Assembly (NCBI GenBank): GCA_035542015.1
Contig: DATKMF010000136.1
Location: 89 to 64,088 of the forward strand
Length of the DNA stretch: 64,000 bases
From: Candidatus Cybelea sp.
GTDB lineage: Bacteria; Pseudomonadota; Alphaproteobacteria; Dongiales; Dongiaceae
Reading direction: 5' to 3'
Shown here: positions 18,879-28,765 of the stretch, one piece after another
Layout of the letters: the number at the start of each line of letters is the position of its first letter
Position numbering within the stretch: position 1 is the first letter of the stretch
The notes under the pieces: model-generated
Databases searched by the model: none
Told to the model about the DNA's origin: nothing
What the model saw: the letters and a program-made list of their open reading frames with translations, nothing else
Position numbers and translations under genes: made by a program

Positions 18879-20333
18879 TTAAGCCGCCAGCAGCGTCTTC
18901 AAGAACTGATCGACGTCTTCCTTGAGCCGCTGCGAGAGGGCGAGGAGGCCACGTGCGGCTTCCGATACTTGCTCGGCCGACTGGCCGGTCTCCTCGGCCG
19001 AGACGCGCACGGTCTCGATCACGCCCGAGGTCTCCACCGTATCGCGCGAGACGTTCTGCGCGCTCTGCGCGATCTCACGGGTCGCCGCGTTCTGCTGATC
19101 GACCGAGGCGTTGATGGTGGCGACCACCTCGCTCACCTGGCCGATGGTTGTCGAGACCGACTGAATGGCATCGACCGATTCGCGTGTCGCACCCTGGATC
19201 GCCGACACCTGGGAGGAGATCTCCTCGGTCGCCTTGGCGGTCTGGTTGGCAAGCGACTTCACCTCGTTGGCGACCACCGCGAAGCCCTTGCCGGCATCGC
19301 CGGCGCGGGCCGCCTCGATGGTCGCGTTCAAGGCGAGCAGGTTGGTCTGGGACGCGATCTCGTTGATGAGACGCACGATGTCGCCGATCTTCTGTGCCGC
19401 CTCGGTCAGCTCGCGCACCTTGGCGCTGCTGGCGCCGGCCTCCTGCACCGCGCGCGCGGTGATCTCGGTCGAGCGCTGCACCTGGCGCTGGATCTCGGCG
19501 ACCGAGGCCGATAGCTCCTCGGCCGCGGCGGCGATCGACTGCGCATTGCCGGTCGTGGCGTTGGAGGAGTTGGCGGCGACACCGACCCGGCCCGCATTGT
19601 CGCGTGCCGCGCGCGCCATGGTTCCGGCGAGCGCCGCGGCGCGGTCGGAATCCGTGGTCACCTCCTCGATCAGCGTGCGGACAGCGCGCTCGAAATTGCC
19701 GGCGACCTCGCCCAGCATGCGCTGCCGGTCGGCGCGCGCCGAGGCTTCGTGGCGCTGGATCTCGTCGGCGAGACCCTGGGCCTTCTTGCTCGCCGCCTCG
19801 GCCGCACCGACCGCGGTCTCCGAGTTGAGCAGTGCATTCGCCATGTGGTGCGAGATCCAGATCAGCACGCCCGCCTCGATCAGCACGATCACGGCATGGA
19901 TGACGACGCGGAAGAAGTCGCCACCATTGGGGAACACCGCCCCGGGCAGCACGAAGTTGAGGGTGAGGTGGTGGACCGCGACCGTCGCGGTCGCGATCAG
20001 GATCACCGGCCAGTCGCAGAACGCCGTCAGCATGGCGAGCGAGGCGAAGAAGTACATATGCATGTCGATCTGCCAGGGATGCCCGTCGAGCACCGCCACG
20101 AGAGTCGCCACGGTCAGCATCATCGCCGCGCCCAGGAAATAGCGCAGCGCCGGCCCCTTGGCGGCGAAGGTCATGGCCCCGGTCGCAAGGGCGAGCACGG
20201 CCCCGATCCCGGTCAGCACGCCGGGGCTGCCCTGGCGTATCCATTCGAGCCCGAGGACCAGCGGGAAGTGGGCACAGATATAGATGCCAAGCCACCGCGC
20301 GGTCTTGGCGCGGAGGGATTCGACGGCGTTCAT
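18879..20333 (-). CDS. Methyl-accepting chemotaxis protein with multi-TM, His-rich N-terminal domain
   Basis: [31 protein letters not shown]; N-terminal ~160 aa is mostly TM. Confidence 0.95.
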   Translation of the reverse strand: MNAVESLRAKTARWLGIYICAHFPLVLGLEWIRQGSPGVLTGIGAVLALATGAMTFAAKGPALRYFLGAAMMLTVATLVAVLDGHPWQIDMHMYFFASLAMLTAFCDWPVILIATATVAVHHLTLNFVLPGAVFPNGGDFFRVVIHAVIVLIEAGVLIWISHHMANALLNSETAVGAAEAASKKAQGLADEIQRHEASARADRQRMLGEVAGNFERAVRTLIEEVTTDSDRAAALAGTMARAARDNAGRVGVAANSSNATTGNAQSIAAAAEELSASVAEIQRQVQRSTEITARAVQEAGASSAKVRELTEAAQKIGDIVRLINEIASQTNLLALNATIEAARAGDAGKGFAVVANEVKSLANQTAKATEEISSQVSAIQGATRESVDAIQSVSTTIGQVSEVVATINASVDQQNAATREIAQSAQNVSRDTVETSGVIETVRVSAEETGQSAEQVSEAARGLLALSQRLKEDVDQFLKTLLAA

Positions 20334-20668
20334 GAGGTCCTCGCGAGTGTTCTTGTCAGTCCGGCGCAGCCCGTTGCGCCATCGACGCGGAGCACCAGCC
20401 TGGCGCCGGCGCGATAGAGCTTGGCGGCGAAATCGGGATCGTCGGAGACGGCGACGGCGCCGCCTAGCCAGCCGCCGGCCGAGATCAGGCGGCCGTCGGC
20501 GGCCGCGACAATACGCAGCGCATCCGCCGCGTCGCCGTTCGGCGTCAGCACCGCGAATGGCGTCCTGGGCTGCTTGATCGGGCGCAATTCGGCGTAACCG
20601 AGGGCAGCAGTCCCCAGCAGAACCAGCGCGAGCGCTGGCAGAAGGTGCAGAAGATGGTCGCGTCTCAT
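20330..20668 (-). CDS. Small membrane-anchored or exported hypothetical protein coupled to the MCP
   Basis: MRRDHLL... 112 aa, the 3' part of the 404-aa ORF; ATGA overlap with the MCP start. Confidence 0.7.
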   Translation of the reverse strand: MRRDHLLHLLPALALVLLGTAALGYAELRPIKQPRTPFAVLTPNGDAADALRIVAAADGRLISAGGWLGGAVAVSDDPDFAAKLYRAGARLVLRVDGATGCAGLTRTLARTS

Positions 20669-20716
20669 CACAGCGGGGCCGTCTCTAAAACATGCCCTTA
20701 TATGCAGGAACTGGCG

Positions 20717-20731
20717 TAAATGAAGGGTTAA
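20717..20731 (-). promoter_or_regulatory. Near-consensus CtrA box upstream of the small gene-MCP pair
   Basis: Minus strand TTAA-CCCTTCA-TTTA; shares the EamA stop codon. Confidence 0.55.
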
Positions 20732-21588
20732 CTCGCGGCCGGCTGTCGGCGCTTGATCACGATGACGGCGAGCCCGAGGATGATCACGGCGCCGCCGACC
20801 AGCAGGGTCGTTGGCAGGGGTTCGTGCAGCTGATAGGCGGCGACCACGACGCCGAAGACCGGCATCAGCAGCAGGAAGGGTGTCAGTTCGTCGACCCGAT
20901 GCCGCATCAGCAGCCAGTACCAGATGGCATAGGGCAGGGCGAAGCCGAAGATCGCGATACCGAAGACGGCAGCCCAGGCGACCGGCGGGACGGCGGTGAG
21001 TGAGGCGATGCGGTCGTGCTCGAAGAGCAGCGCCGCTGCGATCATCTGCGGTGCGGCGTAACGCGCCATCGCGGTGTAGAGCGTCAGCCCCTGGTCGCGT
21101 GCGATCACCGGCGTCATCGCCTGAACCACCGACCAGGAGGTGATGCCGATGAGCATGGCGATCAGGCCGAACCAGGCATCGGTCGCCTCGGGCCTGCCGA
21201 CCACGATCGCGACGCCGGCGAGGCAGACGATGGCGCCGATGGTGTTCTTGAGATCGGGCTTGTCGCGTCCCATGAACCACGATGCGACAACGGCGACCGG
21301 CAATTGCAGCTGCATCGCCAGGACCGCGGTCGAGGCGGGGAGAAACTTCAGCGCCAGGAAGACCATGCTGGTCTGCAGCGCGCCGCCGAAGAACGCCATC
21401 AGAATCAGCGTCAAGCGCGGCGTCTTTGGTCGCGATGCGAAGGGCGTGCAGACGACGGCGACGATCGTGTAGACGATCGCCACCATGGTGAGCGGCGGAA
21501 ACCAGTCCAGCGTCGGCTTGCAGAGGGTGTAGATCGGGCCCCACAGGACCTGGATCAGCACGGCGAGGAGGATATGGTGAAGTGGCAT
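20728..21588 (-). CDS. EamA/DMT family transporter
   Basis: MPLHHILLA..WG, about 10 TM, YAIWY.LL, LLMPVFG. Confidence 0.88.
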   Translation of the reverse strand: MPLHHILLAVLIQVLWGPIYTLCKPTLDWFPPLTMVAIVYTIVAVVCTPFASRPKTPRLTLILMAFFGGALQTSMVFLALKFLPASTAVLAMQLQLPVAVVASWFMGRDKPDLKNTIGAIVCLAGVAIVVGRPEATDAWFGLIAMLIGITSWSVVQAMTPVIARDQGLTLYTAMARYAAPQMIAAALLFEHDRIASLTAVPPVAWAAVFGIAIFGFALPYAIWYWLLMRHRVDELTPFLLLMPVFGVVVAAYQLHEPLPTTLLVGGAVIILGLAVIVIKRRQPAAS

Positions 21589-21651
21589 GATCGCGGGGCG
21601 GTGAAGGCGCCGCACTCTGCCCGGAATCGCGGCGCCAGGCAACGACACCCG

Positions 21652-21669
21652 TTATCCACCTTTTCCACA
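21652..21669 (+). promoter_or_regulatory. Two tandem DnaA-box-like sites upstream of gapR
   Basis: TTATCCACC followed by TTTTCCACA, each 8/9 to TTATCCACA. Confidence 0.6.
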
Positions 21670-21755
21670 GGCCTCCCGCGATTGCTGCGTCACGATCCCG
21701 TCGCTAGATTGCCGGGATCATGCAGCGAGTCGCAGAACACCCACGGAGCAGAAAG

Positions 21756-22004
21756 ATGGCCCCCGATGCGGGCGGGATTGCCGCCGACCGGTTGAAGTCG
21801 TTCATCGAGCGCATCGAGCGCCTGGAGGAGGAGAAGGCCGCGATCGCCGGCGACATCAAGGAGGTCTATTCCGAGGCGAAATCCTCCGGCTTCGAGACCA
21901 AGATCATGCGGCAGATCGTGCGCCTGCGGAAGATGGACGCCCAGGAGCGTTCCGAGCAGGAGCAGCTGCTCGACGTCTACAAGGCCGCTGTCGGTCTCGC
22001 CTGA
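21756..22004 (+). CDS. gapR: GapR nucleoid-associated protein (DUF2312)
   Basis: [37 protein letters not shown]. Confidence 0.93.
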   Translation: MAPDAGGIAADRLKSFIERIERLEEEKAAIAGDIKEVYSEAKSSGFETKIMRQIVRLRKMDAQERSEQEQLLDVYKAAVGLA

Positions 22005-22015
22005 GCAGCGAGAGC

Positions 22016-22873
22016 ATGTCCCACCCCGCACTGACGCCCGGCCGCGCCGCTGTCGTGACCGGCGGCGCCAGCGGCATCGGCCTCGCGACCGCCGGCCGTC
22101 TGGCGGCGATGGGGCTGAAGCTTGTGCTCGCGGACCTGCCCGGCTCGGCGCTGGACGGCGCAGCCGAGAACGTCGCGCGCCTTGCCAGGAACGGCCGGGC
22201 CGACGTGCGCGCCGTCCCGACCGACGTCAGCAAGCACGACGACGTCCGCCGGCTGCGCGAGACCGCGCTCGAGAGCTTCGGCGACATTGCCTTCGTCATG
22301 AACAATGCCGGCGTCGGGGACGGCGGCGGGCCCTGGGAGAACTATGCCGGCTGGCAGCGCGTGCTCTCGGTCAATCTCTGGGGCGTCATCAACGGCATCC
22401 ATGAGTTTGCGCCGGCGCTGATCGCGCAGAAGAAGCCGGCGCTGATCGTCAACACCGGCTCCAAGCAGGGCATCACCACGCCGCCGGGCGATGCCGCCTA
22501 CAACGTGAGCAAGGCGGGGGTGAAGGTCGCGACCGAGGCGCTCGCCCATGCGCTGCGGAACGAGCCCGGGTGCCAAGTCACCGCCCACCTCATGATCCCC
22601 GGCTTCGTCTTCACCGGCATGACCGCGCAGGGCCGCAAGGAGAAGCCGGCCGATGCCTGGACACCGGAGCAGGCGGCTGACTTCATGCTGGAAAGCCTCG
22701 CCCGCGGCGACTTCTACATCCTCTGCCCCGACAACGCCGTCACGAGGGAGATGGACGAGCGCCGCATGGCCTGGGCGATGGGTGACATCATCGAGAACCG
22801 TCCGGCGCTCTCCCGCTGGCACCCGGACTACAAGGACGCGTTCGAAAACTTCCTGAAGGCGCCGAAGCGCTAG
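22016..22873 (+). CDS. Short-chain dehydrogenase/reductase
   Basis: TGGASGIG, NNAG, NTGS, YNVSK. Confidence 0.93.
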   Translation: MSHPALTPGRAAVVTGGASGIGLATAGRLAAMGLKLVLADLPGSALDGAAENVARLARNGRADVRAVPTDVSKHDDVRRLRETALESFGDIAFVMNNAGVGDGGGPWENYAGWQRVLSVNLWGVINGIHEFAPALIAQKKPALIVNTGSKQGITTPPGDAAYNVSKAGVKVATEALAHALRNEPGCQVTAHLMIPGFVFTGMTAQGRKEKPADAWTPEQAADFMLESLARGDFYILCPDNAVTREMDERRMAWAMGDIIENRPALSRWHPDYKDAFENFLKAPKR

Positions 22874-23040
22874 GACCGGGCGGGCGGACTATAGCGACGG
22901 CGCGCTGCGGCTGGTCTGGATTTGATGCGCGCCGTGCCGATTGGTCCCATCGGCAAGCCCTTGTCCTCTTCTGCGAGATTCCCCCAAGATGACGGCAAGG
23001 ACCGAGGCACACCGGAGCTTCGGCAGCGGGAGGGGCGGTT

Positions 23041-24939
23041 ATGTCGGGCAAGTTCGACGCGGTCTATCGACGGTCGCTGGCGGATCCGGATGGATTCTGG
23101 GCTGAGGCGGCCGAGGGCATCGGCTGGCTGAAGCGCTGGGACCGCGTGCTGGACGACCGCAATCCGCCGTTCTACCGCTGGTTCGCCGGGGCGAAGCTCA
23201 ACACCTGCTGGAACTGCCTCGATCGCCATGTCGAGCACGGTCGCGGCGATCAAGTCGCGCTGATCCATGACGCGCCCGTCACCCAGACGGTGCAACGCTT
23301 CACCTATCGCGCCCTGCGCGATGAAGTGGCGCGCTTCGCCGGCGCGTTGGCCAGCCTCGGCGTTGCGAAAGGCGATCGCGTCGTCCTTTACATGCCGATG
23401 GTGCCGGAGGCGGTCATCGCCATGCTGGCCTGCGCTCGACTGGGTGCGATCCACTCCGTCGTGTTCGGCGGTTTCGCTTCGAAGGAGCTGGCAACGCGGA
23501 TCGACGACGCGAAGCCGAAGGTGATCGTCACCGCCTCCTGCGGCATCGAAGTCTCGCGTGTCATCGCCTACAAGCCGCTGCTCGATGCGGCGATCGAGAT
23601 GGCGTCGTCGAAGCCCGAGAGATGCATCGTGCTGCAGCGACCGATGGAGCAGGCAAAGCTCATCACCGGCCGCGACCTGGACTGGGGCGAGCTCATGGCC
23701 GCGGCGAAGCCGGTCGATTGCGTGCCGGTCGAGGCGACCGATCCGCTCTACATCCTCTACACCTCCGGCACGACCGGGCGGCCGAAAGGCGTGGTGCGCG
23801 ACAACGGCGGACATGCCGTGGCGCTCCATTGGTCGATGGAGAACGTCTACGGCATGAAGACGGGCGAGACCTGGTTCACCGCTTCCGATGTCGGCTGGGT
23901 GGTGGGCCATTCCTACATCGTCTATGCGCCGCTGCTGAAGGGCTGCACCACGGTGCTCTACGAGGGCAAGCCGGTGGGCACGCCGGATGCCGGCGCCTTC
24001 TGGCGCGTGATCTCCGAGCACAATGCGCGGTCGATGTTCACGGCGCCGACCGCCTTCCGCGCGATCCGGCGCGACGATCCCGACGGCGCGCTGCTGAAGA
24101 AATACGATCTTTCCGGCTTCCGGGCGCTATTCCTCGCCGGCGAGCGGTCCGATCCACCGACCTTGGAATGGGCCGAGCATCAGTTGAAAGTGCCGGTGAT
24201 CGATCACTGGTGGCAGACCGAGACCGGCTGGGCCATCGCCGCCAACTGCCTGGGCATCGAGCTCCTCAAAGTGAAGCACGGCTCGCCGACGCGCGCGGTG
24301 CCGGGCTGGGACCTGCAGGTGCTGGACGAGAGCGGCAAGCCGACGAAGCCGGGCGAGATCGGCAACCTCTGCGGCAAGCTCCCGCTGCCGCCGGGCACCT
24401 TCCCGACGCTCTGGAACGACGACAAGCGCTTCGTCGACAGCTATCTCGCGCGCTTCCCGGGCTACTACCAGACGGCGGACGCCGGGATGATCGACGAGGA
24501 CGGCTACATCTACGTGATGGCGCGGACCGACGACATCATCAACGTCGCCGGACATCGGCTCTCGACCGGCGGCATGGAAGAGGTGCTGGCGAGCCATCCC
24601 GACGTCGCGGAATGCGCCGTCATCGGCGCGCACGACGATCTGAAAGGCCAGGTACCGGTCGGATTCCTGGTGCTGAAGGCCGGCGTCGACCGGCCGAACG
24701 ACAAGATCGTGAGCGAGGTGGTGCAACTGGTGCGCGATCGCATCGGGCCGGTCGCCGCCTTCAAGACCGCGACCGTGGTCAAGCGCCTGCCGAAGACGCG
24801 CTCCGGCAAGATCCTGCGCGGGACCATGCAGAAGATCGCCGACGGCCAGGACTACGCCATGCCCGCGACCATCGACGACCCGATCATCCTCGGCGAGATC
24901 GACGACGCCTTGAAAGGCATCGGCTACGCGAAGAAGTAG
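23041..24939 (+). CDS. prpE: Propionyl-CoA synthetase
   Basis: YTSGTTGRPKG, DHWWQTETG, LPKTRSGKILR, PATIDD. Confidence 0.88.
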   Translation: MSGKFDAVYRRSLADPDGFWAEAAEGIGWLKRWDRVLDDRNPPFYRWFAGAKLNTCWNCLDRHVEHGRGDQVALIHDAPVTQTVQRFTYRALRDEVARFAGALASLGVAKGDRVVLYMPMVPEAVIAMLACARLGAIHSVVFGGFASKELATRIDDAKPKVIVTASCGIEVSRVIAYKPLLDAAIEMASSKPERCIVLQRPMEQAKLITGRDLDWGELMAAAKPVDCVPVEATDPLYILYTSGTTGRPKGVVRDNGGHAVALHWSMENVYGMKTGETWFTASDVGWVVGHSYIVYAPLLKGCTTVLYEGKPVGTPDAGAFWRVISEHNARSMFTAPTAFRAIRRDDPDGALLKKYDLSGFRALFLAGERSDPPTLEWAEHQLKVPVIDHWWQTETGWAIAANCLGIELLKVKHGSPTRAVPGWDLQVLDESGKPTKPGEIGNLCGKLPLPPGTFPTLWNDDKRFVDSYLARFPGYYQTADAGMIDEDGYIYVMARTDDIINVAGHRLSTGGMEEVLASHPDVAECAVIGAHDDLKGQVPVGFLVLKAGVDRPNDKIVSEVVQLVRDRIGPVAAFKTATVVKRLPKTRSGKILRGTMQKIADGQDYAMPATIDDPIILGEIDDALKGIGYAKK

Positions 24940-24954
24940 AGAAGCCGCGGCAAG

Positions 24955-25025
24955 AGATCGCCGGGCCAAGCCCGGCGATGACGATCAAAAACAGGGCGTC
25001 ATGCGCGGGCTTGACCCGCGCATCT
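24955..25025. repeat. Inverted pair of CGTCAT-tagged palindromic repeats between convergent genes
   Basis: AGATCGCCGGGCCAAGCCCGGCGATGACG and CGTCATGCGCGGGCTTGACCCGCGCATCT. Confidence 0.85.
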
Positions 25026-25033
25026 TTCGCCGA

Positions 25034-26545
25034 CTAGCGCGGGTTGCCGCCTGCGCGGCTGCCACCTTGGCGGTTTCCGCCTCGATTGCGGCTCTGACCA
25101 TGACCATGGCTCTGACCATGACCCTGGCCCTGGCGATTGCCCTGATGGTGCGGGCGGCTCTCGCCGTTGCGGCTCTGGCCCTGATGGCCGTTGGCCTGGC
25201 GGCTCTCGCCGTTGCGGCTGTCGCTGGCACCCGCGCCCTGGGTCCGTCCGCCGCTGCGATGACCACCGCCGTTGGCCTTGCGCGCCGCCTGGCCGGGACG
25301 GCCCTGATGCTGGCCACGGCCGCCGCCGCGATGGCGGAGAGGAAGCCCCTCGCCCGCGGCCGCGCGTGCGGCCGCATCCTCGACCACGCCGACGAAGGGG
25401 TGGTCCTCGACCACCGGCAGCTTCGCGCGGATCACCCGCTCGATGTCCTTCAGGAGTCCGCGCTCCTCGCCGTCGCAGAAGCTGAAGGCGATTCCCGAGG
25501 CGCCGGCCCGGGCGGTCCGGCCGATGCGGTGCACGTAGGCCTCCGGCTCCATCGGCAGCTCGTAGTTCACGATGTGGCTGATGTCATCGACGTCGATGCC
25601 GCGTGCGGCGATGTCGGTCGCGACCAGCACCTTCACCTTGCCATTCTTGAAGGCGCCGAGCGCCTGCTGCCGCGCGCCCTGGCTCTTGTTGCCGTGGATC
25701 GCGGCGGTGATGAAGCCGTCCTTCTCCAGCTGCTCGGCAAGGCGGTTGGCGCCGTGCTTGGTGCGGGTGAAGACGATGGCCCGACTCATCGCGGGATCGC
25801 CCAGCAGCTTCGCCAGCAGCGCGCGCTTGTGGCCGCGGGCGACGAAGTAGACCTTCTGGTCGATCCGCTCGGCCGTGGTCGATTGCGGCACCACCTCGAC
25901 CCGGATCGGGTCCTTGAGCAAGCCCTTGGCGAGGTCGGCGACGTCGTTCGGCATGGTGGCGGAGAACAGCAGCGTCTGGCGCTGCTTCGGCAGCAGCGGC
26001 ACGATGCGGCGGATGTCGCGGATGAAGCCCATGTCGAGCATGCGGTCCGCCTCGTCGAGCACGAAGCTCTCGACGCTGTCGAGCTTCACGTGGCCCTGCT
26101 GAATGAGATCGATCAGCCGGCCCGGCGTCGCGACCACCACGTCGATGCCCTTCCGGAGCGCGTCGACCTGGGGGTTCTGGCCGACGCCGCCGAAGATCTG
26201 CGTCGAGCGGATCGGCAGGTGGCGGCCGTAGGTCCTGAGGCTCTCGACGATCTGCACCGCGAGCTCGCGGGTCGGCGTCAGGATGAGCGTGCGCATCGAT
26301 TTCGGATGGGCGCGCTTCTTGGTCTCCATCAGGCGCTGCAGGATCGGCAGCACGAAAGCCGCCGTCTTGCCGGTGCCGGTCTGGGCGAGACCCAGGAGAT
26401 CGCGGCCTTCGAGGAGATGCGGGATCGCGCGCACCTGGATCGGCGTGGGGCGCTCGTATCCGGCCTCCTTGACCGCCTGCATCAGCGGCGCGGTCAGCGG
26501 CAGTTCGGCGAAGGTGGAGATTTCGTTCGTGGTCGTGGAAGTCAA
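25034..26545 (-). CDS. DEAD-box RNA helicase (RhlE-like) with low-complexity G/R/Q/H tail
   Basis: Q-motif [34 protein letters not shown]; TTG start after AAAGGA. Confidence 0.95.
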   Translation of the reverse strand: MTSTTTNEISTFAELPLTAPLMQAVKEAGYERPTPIQVRAIPHLLEGRDLLGLAQTGTGKTAAFVLPILQRLMETKKRAHPKSMRTLILTPTRELAVQIVESLRTYGRHLPIRSTQIFGGVGQNPQVDALRKGIDVVVATPGRLIDLIQQGHVKLDSVESFVLDEADRMLDMGFIRDIRRIVPLLPKQRQTLLFSATMPNDVADLAKGLLKDPIRVEVVPQSTTAERIDQKVYFVARGHKRALLAKLLGDPAMSRAIVFTRTKHGANRLAEQLEKDGFITAAIHGNKSQGARQQALGAFKNGKVKVLVATDIAARGIDVDDISHIVNYELPMEPEAYVHRIGRTARAGASGIAFSFCDGEERGLLKDIERVIRAKLPVVEDHPFVGVVEDAAARAAAGEGLPLRHRGGGRGQHQGRPGQAARKANGGGHRSGGRTQGAGASDSRNGESRQANGHQGQSRNGESRPHHQGNRQGQGHGQSHGHGQSRNRGGNRQGGSRAGGNPR

Positions 26546-26749
26546 AGCCGGATTCCTTTCGGCAAGTGTCATCTGCCGAAAGCACGCAGCGCGCATCCTT
26601 GCGCGCGGCGAAACGCCGGCGAGCGAGCCCGAGGCGCGCCGCTCGAGAACTTATGACGGGGGTTATGGATCTCAGGACGGGCGCCCGCTGCACTTTGGTT
26701 TGGTTGTCAGGCAGGGGCGCAAGCGCGCAGTCGCGAGAATTGCGCCGCA

Positions 26750-26778
26750 GATATGGTGGAATATTCCGGATATGTCAA
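26750..26778 (-). promoter_or_regulatory. Putative sigma70 promoter of the helicase gene
   Basis: TTGACA-N17-CATATC on the minus strand. Confidence 0.55.
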
Positions 26779-26922
26779 GTCATGTCGCGGGCGATGCCGC
26801 GGAAGCGCCGCCCGACTGGACGTTCTGCCGCAGCGAGGCGATCAGGGATTGGTCGGTCAGTAGGTGGTGCCTTCCGGCCCCGGCGGTGCGCTGCCGGCCT
26901 GCGGCTCCGGCGCCGCGCTGCT

Positions 26923-27633
26923 CTACTCCGGCTTGATCCAGTCAATGGTCTCCGTCCATTTCATCTGCTGGACGAAATCCTTGTAGCCGATCTTGTATTC
27001 GCCGTTGACGTCGAGCTTCTCGGCGCCGGCATCGGCGTAAGGATCGGCACCCACCTGGTAGACCCTCGGGTCGTTGACGATCAGCTTCAAATCGCTGTCG
27101 GCACCCTCGTAACCGATGACCAGCACGACCGCCTTCCCGCCCTTGTCGCCTTCGTTCATCTTCGGCGGCTGGACCACGGCGACGAAGGGGCGTTCGAAGC
27201 GGATCTCGTGGATCGCGTCGATCGGCGAGAGAACGCCATGCTGCTGGTAGCGCATGACGACGGGATCCTCACCGAAGAACTTGTAGGCGAATGGCGAATA
27301 GCCCTGGAGCAGCTTCAAGACGGCTTGGTCGGCACCAACGCCCTTCGGTGCCTCGCAGGCCTGCACACCGGTAAGGAAGTCGGCGAGACTGCATTGCCAG
27401 CGCTCGGCGCCGTAGAGCGGCGGCACGCTGTAGAAGTCCATGATCATCTGGCCGACCGCCGCCCAGCTCCAGCCGGGGTTCTGCTCGGCGATCGCCGGGA
27501 TGTCGAGTTCAGACTGGGTCGGCAGCACGTCGGGCACATTGTCCCCCCATGCCGACCGGAGGGTGGTGCCGCCGGCCGCGAGCGCGGTGACCGCCAAGCC
27601 GGAGCGAAGGAAGGACCGTCGAGAGGGGATCAT
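26923..27633 (-). CDS. Tat-exported papain/C39-like fold protein with degenerate active site
   Basis: SRRSFL signal; GWSWAAVGQMI, VVLVIGY, IVNDP. Confidence 0.65.
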   Translation of the reverse strand: MIPSRRSFLRSGLAVTALAAGGTTLRSAWGDNVPDVLPTQSELDIPAIAEQNPGWSWAAVGQMIMDFYSVPPLYGAERWQCSLADFLTGVQACEAPKGVGADQAVLKLLQGYSPFAYKFFGEDPVVMRYQQHGVLSPIDAIHEIRFERPFVAVVQPPKMNEGDKGGKAVVLVIGYEGADSDLKLIVNDPRVYQVGADPYADAGAEKLDVNGEYKIGYKDFVQQMKWTETIDWIKPE

Positions 27634-27797
27634 GGCTTCAGCCTCCGGGTTTGCACGATGTGACCTGCCAAACTGGCACGGAAATGTGATGATCGTTGGA
27701 GCGTCGGGAGGAGACTCTTCCCTAACTACCCTGGAACTACCCTGCGACTCGGCGAGGTGACAACCAGCGGTGAGGGGCGAAGGTTGCACAGAATCGA

Positions 27798-28451
27798 ATG
27801 GTAGAAAACGCCCAATGCACAGTGCCGGCCGTCATCCTGGCCGGCGGTCGTTCGCGCCGCCTGGGCGGCGGCGACAAGTGTCTGTTATCGCTCGCCGGCC
27901 GCCCGATTCTCGCGCATGTGATCGAACGGATTCGGCCTCAGGTGACGGAGTTCGCGCTCAATGCCAACGGCGACCCCGCTCGATTCGCCGGCTTCGGGCT
28001 CGAGATCGTCGCCGATGATGCGGCCGACTATGCCGGACCCCTGGCTGGCATTCTCGCCGGTTTTGAATGGGCCGCGCGCCGACAGCCCAATGCAACGCAT
28101 CTGCTGACGGTACCCTCCGATGCGCCGTTTCTGCCGCTCGATCTGGTCGATCGGCTCGGCGCGGCCGTTGCCGGATCGGCGGCGCCCGCGCTGGCCGCAA
28201 GCGGCGGCCGCGTTCACCCGGTGATCGGGCTCTGGCCGTGCACGCTGCGCGAAGCCTTGCACCAAGCGCTCCGCGTCCAAGGCTTGCGCAAGGTCGAGGA
28301 CTGGACCGGCGGTCTCGCGCCGCGCGTCGTCGATTTCGCCGTCGATCCGGTCGATCCGTTTCTCAACGTCAACCGGCCGGAAGATCTCGTTGCTGCCGAG
28401 CGGCTCTGCGCCAGGGCGCCGAAGGCGATTCAGCCTTCGGGCGGGGGCTGA
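27798..28451 (+). CDS. mobA: Molybdenum cofactor guanylyltransferase
   Basis: ILAGGRSRRLGGGDK, GPLAGI, DAPFLP, HPVIGLW, FLNVN.PEDL. Confidence 0.93.
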   Translation: MVENAQCTVPAVILAGGRSRRLGGGDKCLLSLAGRPILAHVIERIRPQVTEFALNANGDPARFAGFGLEIVADDAADYAGPLAGILAGFEWAARRQPNATHLLTVPSDAPFLPLDLVDRLGAAVAGSAAPALAASGGRVHPVIGLWPCTLREALHQALRVQGLRKVEDWTGGLAPRVVDFAVDPVDPFLNVNRPEDLVAAERLCARAPKAIQPSGGG

Positions 28452-28636
28452 TCCGGATCGGCGCTCTGGAGGCCGACGCGGTCGGTGAGGATCAGCACTT
28501 TTCCCGCGCCCTCGAAGTTGACCGTGACGCGCCGGCCGGTCACCGATTGAACCTGGCCAAGTCCCCAATCCGGCCGGTCGGGATGTCGGACGAAAGCGCC
28601 GGGCGCGAGGGAATCGGGTGCAGGTGAGTCGGACAT
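28430..28636 (-). CDS. DUF3553 family protein
   Basis: PGAFVRHPDRPDWGLGQVQS...RVTVNFE.AGKV. Confidence 0.88.
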   Translation of the reverse strand: MSDSPAPDSLAPGAFVRHPDRPDWGLGQVQSVTGRRVTVNFEGAGKVLILTDRVGLQSADPDQPPPEG

Positions 28637-28737
28637 AAAGGCGTACTCCATCGGCTCCGGACGGCATTAGCACTGGCCGCCTCACGCCGAACCGCTAAAC
28701 TAGCGCGAGCGGTCGGTCCTGCCCAGACCGGCGCCGA

Positions 28738-28765
28738 CAGGGGAATGCTGCCAGGGGAATGCTGC
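28738..28765 (+). repeat. 14-bp tandem duplication spanning the chpT ribosome-binding region
   Basis: CAGGGGAATGCTGC x2 directly before ATG 28766. Confidence 0.85.

Noticed and set aside
21652-21669. Possible replication origin
   Set aside because: Only two DnaA-like boxes in a short intergenic region, with no AT-rich unwinding element.
27673-27688. TGGCAC as a possible sigma54 promoter for mobA
   Set aside because: No GC at the -12 position (TGGCACGGAAATGTG).
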